From Isurus oxyrinchus (Eukaryota), in NCBI GenBank assembly GCA_026770705.1, contig JANJGN010000034.1, positions 5,332,001 to 5,396,000 on the forward strand: a DNA stretch of 64,000 nucleotides, in the 5' to 3' direction. The notes beneath the pieces were generated by a model, which saw nothing but the letters and a program-made list of their open reading frames with translations, was not told where the DNA came from and made no database searches. Both the position numbers and the translations under genes were made by a program. Every line of letters starts with the position of its first letter. Within the stretch, counting starts at the first letter, position 1. Below, in pieces: positions 41,250-52,901 of this stretch.

Positions 41250-42130
41250 CACCACATGAAGAACAAGTCAGAAATAGAAGACCCAGGTTGCAAATACGTT
41301 ACCGGAAGGTTCAAGCAAAAAACGTTTGTCTTAATGGGGAATATTAATAGTCAGTGAATAGACTAGGAAAATTAATGCGTACAAAGTACAGCGGGCGAAT
41401 CATTCAGGAGAAATTGCTAAAATCAGAATGTTTCAGGCACAACAAGGATGTGGGGATTGATCAGGTTCTCAGAAATGATATGTCTCTTTTTATTTACTGG
41501 CAGTCACGGGAATTGTATGGGACAGGGAACTATGTGTTATACGGTTTCGGCTCGCTATGGGAAAGGAGGAGGACCAATTCAGAATGAAAAAAAAAATTAT
41601 GGATGGGACAACCTCTCTGGGGTTAGCACAGCTGGTCCACCTTATCTCTCATCAAAGGTTTTAAGGCAAAATACAGCATTCAAACAGTGTATGATTGCAC
41701 TATTTTGCTAGGCACAAAGGGAGGATAAACAAACTCAGAATTTCCCTAGTGAAATGAGTAATATGGAGCAACAAAGAGCAGTAACTTGTGCATCTGGCAT
41801 ATGCCAGGCTGTTAATTCCTTTAAGAAGCAGGCTTATTGCAGAAACACGATTGCTATCGATAGAACATTGTACCAGAATTGCATTTAACAAACCACGAAT
41901 ACAAACATATTCTAATGGTATTAAACTTTTAAAATGAAGATATAACTAGGAGAGGAAAAGTGTTAGAAAAACATTTATGCACGGAGATACGGACATGCAG
42001 AGAGCATTAATGAATATTTCACAACTGTATTTACCAAGGATAACTGTGTTTCCAAAGCTATAGTGAAATAATAGATCCTCAAGATACTGCCTCGGCTAAA
42101 GGCGATATGTCCTTGATATTTGCTAGCCTA
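41250..42130 (+). mobile_element. Decayed CR1 ORF2 fragment (probably continues an APE relic at ~40100-40420)
   Basis: LNEYFTTVFTKD-like motif at ~42007-42042 (cf. LNEYFASVFTKE). Confidence 0.6.
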
Positions 42131-42499
42131 GTTGAATATCTAGGGATATAGCACCATAGAAGGTTGACATTTTACCACAGTTGCTGGGGCAAGAAAAAAG
42201 TGGACCTTGTGGAGGCAATGGTGATGGGGCCGGGAATCAGTTTCTGTACCACGCGCTTGACCAAAAAAAAAGGAAAACATATACAAATGCTGGAATAGAA
42301 GTCGTGCGTGCATCACAGATCCGAGCAGGGTAGGGAATCTCGGAACATGAAATGCAGTCCTTCCAAAAAGCAATGCTAGTGGACTGTTGTCGTCGAGATA
42401 TTTGTGGAAGGCAGTGCCGACATGCTAAAGATATTTTCACACAAATAACCAGGAATGAAGTCGAGCAAAGAGATGGATGGGCTAGAGAAAAAATAAAAA

Positions 42500-43330
42500 T
42501 AAACAGGCTAAGGTGAGGGGAATGTGGAATTGCAATCAACGTTTATAATGCTTGAGGAGGGAATGAAAAATAGGCATTGATACAGTCGCAACAAATCAAT
42601 AAATGGTTGAAGGATGCGGCCCAAATAATCTGAAATATGGAATGTGCCACATATGCCAGCAATATGCCGTCTAAGCTGACAGCCATGCCAATATGCATTG
42701 TTACAACTTTAACCAGGAGACAGTGGCTGACTTAAGGGAGAACATATCAGATGTAAGGACACGTCCAGAAAGAAGGAGTATATTTGTCTTTGATGTAGGT
42801 AACATGGGTTCCTGCTCAAGGAAGAAGTGCAGAGCCCCACCACCCTCCTGTTAGAGGTGTGGGGAGAAAAATCATCCATGGTATGTAGAAGCTTAGAGAT
42901 ATTGGAAGTTAAGGGACTGACAGATAGTTTCTGAATGACAACTGTTGTACGGGAGGAAGACCGAGAAAAAAAGTTAGAAAACGCAGTCTCACTATAGGAA
43001 ACCCTTTACTGGTGGTGGAGCAGGCATGAAGATAACTTACAATACAATTTCTTCCTGAGGACCTTGGGTACGTGATATTAGCCAGCTGCTCCGGGATGGA
43101 GATTAATGAGTTGGGGGGCATATAGGCCGGGAGACAGAGAGGATAAGGGCATTTTATCTGTATACACAGCTTGGACATCAAGAATATACTCGGGAGGGAG
43201 CGAAAAAGAAATATTGCGATTTGAAGTTCGGCTTCTGGTAGGTAGGACTTTTAGAGGAGGAAGAAACAGCACCAATATTGTCAACAATGTTAGACTTCGA
43301 CATTGAGGCCGTAGCATACTCACGGTTTGA
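42500..43330 (-). mobile_element. Highly decayed PLE RT fragment
   Basis: Ordered motif relics on the - strand: LDVQAVYT (cf. MDVQSLYT), KGFPI (cf. KGVAM), LLHTMDDF (cf. FLRYIDDYF). Confidence 0.5.
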
Positions 43331-46240
43331 AGAGAGACAAGTTATATTCTTAAACAAGAAGTAAAAAAAAAAAACACCACGATTGTGGTATGCTGGCACA
43401 TTTTTTTTAAATGAATGAATCGATCAACAGAAGATTGGAGGGCAGAAGATATTGGCAGAAAACAATTCAGGGTGGGTAATCGTCTCACTGTATTACTGGC
43501 TGGGGTGTGCGGGCTGTCTTTTGCCAAAGAAGAAGTGGGCATAGATGCAAATGTGGCAAATTAAGAGTTCAACATCGTTCCTTGTTTCAAGTTCATTCTG
43601 TTGGGTGCAAAGTGGAATGAATCTCTGACCCATCCTATCAAATGATCAATCAGGGTTAGGAATGGGAATCGTGAAAGCCACCTTAAACGCCAGGAAAATG
43701 TTCGGGTTTGGGGGGAATTAATTTGTTTAGATGGAAAGTAGCATTGTCTTCAGCCGCATAGTCCCCCAACAATGATCAAATCCTTTTTTTTATGTTTAAC
43801 AGGTTGTGGTTACGAGTATTTGGTTTCATCAATAGATCCACAGACATGCAACCAAGCCTTTCGCCCTGCAACCGCCAACACCCTGACCGCCCCCAGCACG
43901 CAATGACCTACAAAAGCATGCACACACACAAACACACACACACAAATAGACACACACGACAGAGAAGACGACGATTATCGCAATTATTTTACAGCATGGA
44001 TATATCCTCCACTTCTTTTGGATTTCCAAAATTCTTGCTCGTATTGGGAGGGTTTGAATGTTGAGGTTTGCCTTTCACCGCCATTTGAACAAAATCCTAT
44101 AAAGTATTTATATTACTCTGTGTCTTTATAACCTTATGATTATATAACACTATTTCCGTGACACTATGTTTAGATGATGCGGTGAATCTGTTTTTATTTT
44201 ATGATCCTATCATTTCAATGGTTCTTTGCAGATCTAGCGAAATGCAAACGTGACCTGGATGCCAAAGGTAAGAAATCATTACCAAATATCAAATGGCTTG
44301 CTTTTGACGTAACAAATAAAAACAGAGTATGTAGGAATGAGATTGCAGACTGATAGGCAAGGCAAGAGGTATTCCTTCTGAGCCTCTGGGCATCTTTAAT
44401 GTACGCAACAGATGGCCCGGTTCCATTTGTGAATTCCTCTGAGTGAAGCACGCTGCTTGCGTATGCAAGACCCACACATATATTCTGTTTTGAAAGTGGT
44501 ATCCATAAGACGCACACCAATTTGTGTTGAATTCAGCCTTGAGCTCTGCCTTAACTCCAGTCACTGAATGATTTCATTGTGGACAAGTTATGCACAAACC
44601 TCTGCATGTCAGTAACGATATGTGAAGTTGTACGCCTTTGAGATAAATGATTCACAAAGGTGGTGGAAAAAAGGAACATCTTCCGTGGTCACTGAAAGCT
44701 GTCTGCATTTGTCCTCTGTGCATGTACCTGTCCCATCCGCTCTCGCGGCAGTCATTGATGAAAAAGGTAGTGTTAGTTTTCTTTTGCCAAACAAGGATAT
44801 CACATCATCCATTACCATGTATCACATCGCATTCCACTTAAGGCAATGAACGAAGAAATATGATGTGTGAGTTGTGTGGGGTGGAGGGTTGTTGGTAGGG
44901 TGCTGGGGATGGCTGAATGAACAAGGGTTTGGCGAGTTATGTAGCTGCTTTTCTCCATCACCTAAAGTCAAGGACATCGTGTATAGAGCAGAATCTAGGG
45001 TAATTTTACTCGTCATACCCTTCATTAATCATGCTTCAATGCCTGTAAAAACTGAAGAATCATATATAAATCTAAATTGTTCCCATTTATAGCACTCGAA
45101 CTGGCTGCTAAAGACGAAGGTTAGTTTCATAGAAATATCACCTCTTGACAGTTTCACATTTTACACCTTCAGCGATGCAACACGAATTCAGCATGATGTT
45201 GCCAGGATTAGAAAAGCTCACTTGAGTGAATTCGGGAGAGACATCAAGCTATTTACCTTTGGAGACAATAAGATATGCAGTTTTGTCATTCTGTTCCAAT
45301 CCATAATGGTTTTGATGGAATAAATAGAAAGAGCAATGTCTTTATTATCGTTCACCAAAGACTGCAACATAAAGAGCATTTGGCAAAGGGGGAACAGATT
45401 AAATGGAGGTAAAAAAAAAATCACAGCGAGTTATTATGATCAATCATGCATTGCCAGGCAAGTTGCTGTGCCACGCACAATACTATTTGTTTAAAACGGC
45501 AGCTGATTAATGAAAGAAAGCTGAAATATTTGCAGAGATCTGAAGAAACAAATCAATAAAGTTTAATAAGCCGCCAGGGAAGGACGAAATAGAAATGATT
45601 GTTCAGTTGCTGTAATGTTAAACAAGATGGCGAGTTGTGTGAACTGTGCTTTTTTCAGGAATAAACTTAAGGCCAATGATTGCATTTTTGTTGTCAAGCC
45701 GGTACATAGGTTTCCTTTTCAAGTCAATCCATTTTCTGTTTTTTGCTAATGTTATTAACCGCCTGATAAGGGCGTGCACTGGAAATTATTTGAGCATATG
45801 GAAGAAAAATGTCATACAATTATACCAATAAGAGCCAACATATATGTCATGCTCTATGTATCCCGGAGGCACGAGTCACTCTTGTGTAATTGCAATCATC
45901 TTGCTATCATAACGGATTGCTTGATTAATCAGTTTTGTTTTGTTTTTTGTGCTTGATTAATCAGTTGTTCTTCATTGGAGTCAGACGGGTCATTTAGCAT
46001 CAGTCTAGTTGTATAGTTAGAATCCAACAGGGCTCTGTGAATGGTGAAGCTTCACATGTAGTACCAAATTGGAAAAATAAAGAGTTGGCGTTCCAAATAG
46101 TCGTAGGGGAAGCATTCGTTTCTCTTTAACATTGTACTGAAGCAAATAGTTCCACCTTAGTTATGCATTTTTATGTTTGTACTTCAGTGCCAGAGCCACT
46201 AAATCTTTTCTCTCAAATCCACACCTTATCTCCCTCTTCA

Positions 46241-46370
46241 NNNNNNNNNNNNNNNNNNNNNNNNNNNNNNNNNNNNNNNNNNNNNNNNNNNNNNNNNNNN
46301 NNNNNNNNNNNNNNNNNNNNNNNNNNNNNNNNNNNNNNNNNNNNNNNNNNNNNNNNNNNNNNNNNNNNNN
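46241..46370. other. Assembly gap (130 N)
   Basis: Run of N. Confidence 1.
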
Positions 46371-46939
46371 CTTTTTCCGCTCGCCCATACTTAGGTCTTC
46401 CTCAATAGTTCACATTGACACTGTGTTCTCATTTAGGCTCACGTAGCAGGCTGGTGGGGAAGAATGTCCTGCAGCTGAAACTATAAATCCTAGAGGAAAC
46501 CACGCCATTACCTGAGGAAACAAAGAACACAAACTATCTGTCATGCTGAAGATGCTTATGATCCACGATTTAAAATTCATGAAATCGACTGTTAGCTTTC
46601 AAGTGCTTCCAGCACTTATTTAACATACACGTGCAATTGCAGCTAATCGAAGTACACACTGCCTTGACTTTGTCTCTTGCTTTTGCTGTTTTAAATTTCC
46701 ACAACGATTCCTGCAATTCACAAGTATTTTTGATCCACCTCGAGATGCTGATCAATGTCATGGTGTTCTTTTGAGTTCATAATAGAACATTGAAAAGGTT
46801 CCGACAATCTGTGTTTCAAGTTAATTGCAATATTCAATTAGTCCATAGCTGAAATGCCACATATTATGCAGCTACCTATCTTGGTTTCCGATGATCTAAT
46901 AATCTTGCTTAACAGAAAAAATATCTAACCTATACTAAT

Positions 46940-47082
46940 AAGCACTCATGTCAATAAAAACTTTCTTCAGGGAAGGAAATATGACTTTCCTATCTTGTCT
47001 GGCCTACATATGACACTAGACCACGAGCAATTTGGTGATTCGGAATTGCACTTTGAAATGGACTTGCAAGCCAATTAGTTAA
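46940..47082 (+). mobile_element. Partial body of the same SINE/LINE 5' region
   Basis: cttcagggaaggaaat..tctggcctacatatgacactagacc..tgaaatgg..gcaagcca matches the reverse complement of 14118-14228. Confidence 0.7.
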
Positions 47083-48854
47083 TGTGAAACAAATGGTGGA
47101 TGTGGCAGCAACACCCACATCACATGAAAAAAACTGTTTTCTGAAAGTCATGATATATACAATTGAGTGAGACTGATCCACCTTTTGTTGAAGAGGCTAC
47201 TAAATTACTATCTCTGTCGTGTGAAGGACCATTGGGTGACATAATCTTTTTACGATCTAGATTGAATATTAAGGGAGTGCTGGTACTTCGCACTGGCTAC
47301 TGTGAATAAAGCGTTATTTTCGTAATGACCTCTCGATTTCTTGAAAAACGCTACCCATTAGAACTGAAAGACAAGGATTGCTTTCTGCCAGTCGCAGTTG
47401 CACCCACCATGATGCGTTGGCCTGGACTTTATTTTGAATGTCAAAATATGACAGTCCTTCTGGTTTGCAGTGAGGATTTAGTGGTTAATCACGTAATGTG
47501 GTGAATCAGGAATGCTTTGAGAACATGGTAGCTAATCTGGCCATTATTGAATGATTATATAGTGACAGAAAGTGGAATGTAAAACGTGAGGTAGAAAAGT
47601 CATTTGCAAAACAATTTTTTGCTAATTAATGTACATGTTCTCATTTAGAGCTTGGTCAGGCGGAGGATAGGATAAAATCATTAGGTAAGTAGAAGCTAAT
47701 CTCCAATATGCTGTTGGCAGGTGTTGTTTGTAACTGTCAAATTTTTCAACGTCGACAATTGCCTGGAGCATATGAATAGCCTGAACAAATTGCATTCTAT
47801 GCAATCTCCTGTTTTTCAACGTTTTCCTCATTTTGCAAGTTACCAATTCTTTGTATTTTAGTTCAAGCCTTAGCTGATTTCATTAATCTGCAATTAGTGG
47901 TACTGAATTCATTATCTATCCTTAGCAGCTGGTCAGCTTTATAAATTATTTATTCACATCGGAATCCATCTTTACTGCCTTCAAAATTATATTTTGCGCA
48001 AAATTTGGCATGCAGAAGGAGCCAAAATAGGTAACATCATTTTGCTTCTGGTTCTACAACAGGCCAATTCTTCAGGCCTAAAAATTTCAATGGTTCTCCA
48101 TATCAGATGGACGGTATCACAAGTGACCACTGCATGGCTGCTCACCTTAAACCAATGGTATCCTTCCCGACAACAAATATGTTCTCCGCCCATTATCTTA
48201 TATTAGCAAATGCCTGGAGAAATCGAAAGGACCTGTATTTTTGGGATTATTTACGTTATCTGGGCTCATTAATATCCAAAAGATACTCTTCTATTAAACA
48301 TACCGAGGCTATGCCTTTTTCTTGCCTCCACCTTGTGACTCATTCATGGCTAAGTTTGGCAACTCTCTTTCATCTGCTTGAGCACTTGCTGGATCCCACT
48401 CCAACCGAAATGATTGCAGAGGGAAATGCAGAAAGATAGCTCTGTTGGAAAATGAAGCATTTGCTGAATAAATGGAGATGCCGTATTTTGTCTGGCCTTT
48501 GAATCCTATGGGCGTGGCTCAATTTCGCGCAAAAAACAAAATTAACTGACATGCCCTGGATGGAATGCATTTCACAATGCTCATTCCCAGAAGAGATGGA
48601 CTGATTGCAATGTCAATTCCTCTTTGATGTATTTCACTATGCACAAATTGACAGCGGTGCTTCCTTCGCTCCAAAAGTAATTATATTTAACTTGGTCAAC
48701 AGCTATTTGTGACGTAATGAATGTGATCTTATTATTGCAAACTCTGTTTTTTCGTTATTCGTGTGGAATCTTGATGCAGGTGGGAAAATCTCTCTGCTAG
48801 TGGAACTTAACATGAGATTCATCGCATTTTATGGGGCACCTTATAATTAAAACA

Positions 48855-49250
48855 GAGTTTTCTTTGCATCTGTATTGCACAAATCACAACCGTATAATGT
48901 CCCAAAGTTCTTCAGGGTGCATTACATCCTGCTAAATAGCAAGCATTGTTGTCATGTTGGAAACATAAACGCACTTCTGATGTTAAATTGGTCAGAGCAA
49001 TAAACCATGATTTAGTAATATTTGTGAAATACTTACTGGGGGACAATTACTAGCGAGGATATCGAGAAAACTTTAAAATTCTTAGAAATGTAGCACTGCG
49101 TGAAAGATTGTGTCCACATATGTAAACTAGGAGACTAGTGCTTTGATGCAACATTGGGGCCGACAGATTTGTACAGCGCGCAGGCAGAGCTGTGTCTTTG
49201 CGGGTGCTGCACTCCATTGGTACAGTTTCTACAACATTGCGGCTCTTCCT
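48855..49250 (-). mobile_element. SacSINE1-like Deu-domain SINE relic
   Basis: - strand ggagtgcagcac..gtggacac..tttccaacatgacaaca..tttgggacatt..gttgtga..gcaatacagatgcaa follows the Deu-SINE body and tail as I recall them. Confidence 0.55.
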
Positions 49251-51068
49251 CACTGCTAACTTTTGACACCATTTGTATGCATTTTCACTAATGACCCTGT
49301 AAGTGTTGTACTCTCCAAAAATACTGTCCTTCCAACAGCAAAGGAATCAATTATCGCTGTTGCTCCAACTGTGCTCCTTTGCAGTTCCAGAATTTATGAT
49401 ATGTCTAAGTGTGTAAAGGGTGGAAAGGAAGACCAAGACTATTTTGGGTTCGGCGTAAGGTGGTGGGAGTTGGGGGGAGAGGTAGTTGTTGGGCGGGGGG
49501 AGGGGAATGGTGGTGGGGTTGGTGGTGGTGACGGGTGGTGTGGAACAGAGAGAGATCCTGTGGAATCAGTGCTATCTCATAAATTCTCACCACTTTTCAT
49601 CAAATTAATATGGTGTTTTCCCTTCCACAGAAAGGCAGCTAAACGACTTGATCACAAGTAAAACATTTATTTTTTTTTTGTGTTTTTCCAAAATATCACA
49701 CGGACATGTTTTTTTGTGATTATCGTTAGATTCTGAATGTACATTTTTATCATGCCTACCCTAATAACGCCTGATCAGATTTTTTTTCAAACCTATTTCT
49801 ACTAGAGCTGAAAAATAAATGTGGAGACAAAGGTAATCTTTCTCTGGTGTGAAAAGAGAATAAAGGTTGCTTTTCAGGAGATTTGAATAAATAAATCAAT
49901 CAGAGATAATCACGGTAATGCTTCCATATGTAACCATAGGCACCTTTAGGTGCGTAATCATTTCTGTACTAATATTGAAGAAAATATGCTGATATCCAAT
50001 TGTCATTAATCTGCAAAGATTATTAGGATTTATTCCTGTTGAGTTTAGTGACAGATCCGTGTTTTAGGCAGAACATAATATGAGGATATTGAGTGAGTTT
50101 TCAATATTCGCTTCCACTTCAAACAAATGCTGACAGACAGGTGAAGAGGCCGCTGAACAATATAAGCATTTGAGATGAACATTCCAGGGTATTAAGGTGG
50201 TTAAAGTCCAACATGTGCATGGAAAAAATCAAGTCTACCTATTTGTTGCGTAATGCATTTTGGAGAACTATTGGCCATGTAAATGATTTACTTATGGCTA
50301 TTGTCTACATTAAAGTAGATGGTTTAGGTGAAACCAAAGCATAAAAAAGGCCAAGCTTTCTGAGTCACTGGGGCACAAGTCCAACACAAGGCAGACAAAA
50401 AGTAAAAGGATGGGATTTGATGAAAAATAAATTATACACAATGCAGATTGTACTTCCAATTGAACTTTATGGTGGGAACACTTTGCTCCCTGCAATTACG
50501 TGGCATTTTTTTAAAATGGATTAGGTTACAAGAACGCCAAGATACTCTGCCACACAAGTCTTCTGATTACTACCGCAAACAGCACTTCACCTTACCCCCA
50601 TGTAAATTTATCATATTGCGAACTAGATCAGGAAAGGACATGTGATCGGTGTATGGACTTCAGAGCATTGTCTTGGAATTTTAGTGGACATGTCGTACGC
50701 GCTTATCGATATGCTCACACACCATTGGAATTCTGAATTTTTAATTACATTATAACATTTCTTGAAAAGTATATCCGCAAACTTCATCACAGTGACAGAT
50801 TTCCTTTAACATTGTCCACCAACTGCCATGTAATAAAAACCCTGGTCCTACGTCTGCAGTTGAATGTGCAATATGGTCCCTGTTGCAAGCTGAAGAGAAG
50901 TCATGCATCGTCCAAACATTGCACAGAAGTACTGTTCAATCAACAATTATGATTTTAAAATAGCTCTTAGATGTGATTCATAATTGAGTTTGTTTTTCGT
51001 GTGTTTGAAGATTAAACATGTGTAGCGTTATTCTTATCAATCTTGCAAAATGAACACGAATTTGAAAA

Positions 51069-51654
51069 AAAAAACAGAATTACCTGGAAAAAAACTCAGC
51101 AAGTCTGGCAGCATTGGCGGAGAGGATCAAAGTTGACGTTTTGAGTCCTCATGACCCTTCAAAACAACTGAGTAAAAATAGGAGAGGGGTGAAATATAAG
51201 CTGGTTTAAGGTGGTGGGTGGGAGGGAGAGAGTTGGGGGGGGTGTGGTGTGGGTGGCTGCAGGGAAAAGCAAGCAGTGATAGGAGCTGATAATCAAAAGA
51301 TGTCACAGGCAACACAACAAAGAGCTGTTGAAGGTAGTGATATTATCTAAAAGAATGTGCTAATTAAGAATAGATTGCAGGACACACAAGGAACAGCTCG
51401 AGTGGGGGTGAGGTGAAATAATACTAACAGGGAATAAAAGGTATAGATTTGAAATAATGGAAATAGGTGGGAAAAGAAAAAAAATCGATATAATTTATTG
51501 GAAAAAACCAAAAGGGAGTGGGAAGAAAGGAAAGGGTGTGGGGATGCAGGAGGGACTTCAAGATGTAAAGTTTTTGAATGCAATATTCAGTCCGGAAGGC
51601 TGTAAAATGCCTGGTCGGAAGATGAGGTTCTGTTCCTCCAGTTCCAGTTTCCAG
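51069..51654 (-). mobile_element. Older 5'-truncated PLE insertion (end of GIY-YIG + pLTR with decayed hammerhead at 51131-51169)
   Basis: Colinear with 52356-52990. Encodes LEEQNLIFRPGILQPSGLNIAF. Candidate TSD TTGAAAA at 51062-51068 and 51655-51661. Confidence 0.9.
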
Positions 51655-52341
51655 TTGAAAATGTTTGTTAAACGGTTTTGTCCCGCTGTGCAGCTTAAGA
51701 ATTCTTCGATTATGAAAAGAATCACTGATGAAATAGTGATATAGAACGCCACTGAAACTCGTACTGACAGATACCAAGCAAAAAATAAAACACACCTTCC
51801 TACTTTCCATCCAGGTTTCTCCTTCATGTACACCACTATAACCGAATACCTGACAGGGCTTGTAAACTGCTGCCAGTGGAGCAACACCCGGCGCAAGTTT
51901 TTTTCCAATTGCCGACTAATCTGTTTTTTTTTCATGACAATGGTTTATTGTTGAACACTTTGACTGACATCATAATGGCATGTATATATAATCGGATATG
52001 GTACTGGTCTCATGCACTGTTAGGTTAGAAATCAAATAGGTAGCATTTAACGTGAATATCCAGTAAAAATTATCACAAGGAGAAAACAGAAATCAACTTG
52101 TGACCCGTTTAACAATTCCTTATCTGTTAACTAGTTGCCAAATCTTAAACTCTCAAAGGTCTGGTTGCTGTTACTCGATAGAAATGACAGCTGTTTGCAT
52201 TATTTGAGCAAATGCGTCTTTTTATTCTCCAGGACCTGCTGATGACTATCTGAAACAGAAAGAAGGTAAAGTCATAAAAAAACCTAATTTTGTTTTGGTT
52301 TGTACCAGAACTGAAATGCATTTGATCTCCAGTAGATTGGG

Positions 52342-52355
52342 ATCAATAGAGTAAA
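52342..52355 (+). repeat. Target-site duplication, left copy
   Basis: ATCAATAGAGTAAA, identical to 57288-57301. Confidence 0.92.
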
Positions 52356-52416
52356 ACAAAAACAGAATTACCTGGAAAAACTCTGCAGGTCTGGCAGCAT
52401 CGGCGGAGAAGAAAAG

Positions 52417-52455
52417 AGTTGACGTTTCGAGTCCTCATGACCCTTCGACAGAACT
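52417..52455 (-). ncRNA. Minimal type I hammerhead ribozyme fold (variant core), pLTR copy 1
   Basis: Minus strand reads AGTT-CTGTCGA-A-GGGTC-ATGAG-GACTC-GAAA-C-GTC-AACT: stem I AGUU/AACU, stem II GGGUC/GACUC, GAAA box, GUC cleavage triplet. Minimal hammerheads are established in PLE pLTRs. Confidence 0.8.
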
Positions 52456-52498
52456 TGATTTTGAGTCCAAGAAAGAGTTGAAATTTCAGCTGGTTTAA

Positions 52499-52597
52499 GG
52501 TGTGTGTGTGTGTGGTGTGTGGGGGGGGGGGGGGGGGGGGGGGGGGGTGGGGGTGGTGGGGGGTGGGGGGGGGCGGAGAGATAGAGAGAGAGAGAGG
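52499..52597. repeat. (TG)n / G-run / (GA)n low-complexity block inside the pLTR (also at ~55856-55929 and, inverted, ~57020-57108)
   Basis: Read directly; lengths differ among the three copies. Confidence 0.95.
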
Positions 52598-52901
52598 TGC
52601 TTGTGTAGACAAACAAGCAGTGATAGAAGGAGATCATCAAAAGATGTCAGCGACAATGGTACAAAAGAACACATAGGTGTTAAAGTTAAAGTTGGTGATA
52701 TTATCTAAACGAATGTGCTAATTAAGAATGGATGGTAGGGCACTCAAGGTACAGCTCTAGTGGGGGTGGGGGGAGCGTAAAAGATTTTAAAATATTTAAA
52801 AATAGTGGAAATAGGTGGGAAAAGATAAATCTATAAAATTTATAGGGAAAAAAAAGGAAAAAAGGGGGAAACAGAAAGGGGGTGGGGATGGGGGAGGGAG
52901 C

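Noticed and set aside
47991-48535. Possible terminal inverted repeats (ttttgcgcaaaatt / aatttcgcgcaaaa)
   Set aside because: Only 14 bp with a mismatch, the left copy is self-palindromic, and no TSD is visible.
51725-51768. CTGATGA...GAAAC hammerhead-like motif
   Set aside because: Stem II is offset by 3 nt, stem I does not pair properly and there is no pLTR context; probably chance.
52343-52640. Poly-Pro / poly-Gly ORFs (also at 55725-56053 and 56765-57239)
   Set aside because: These are translations of the G/C homopolymer and microsatellite block in the pLTRs.
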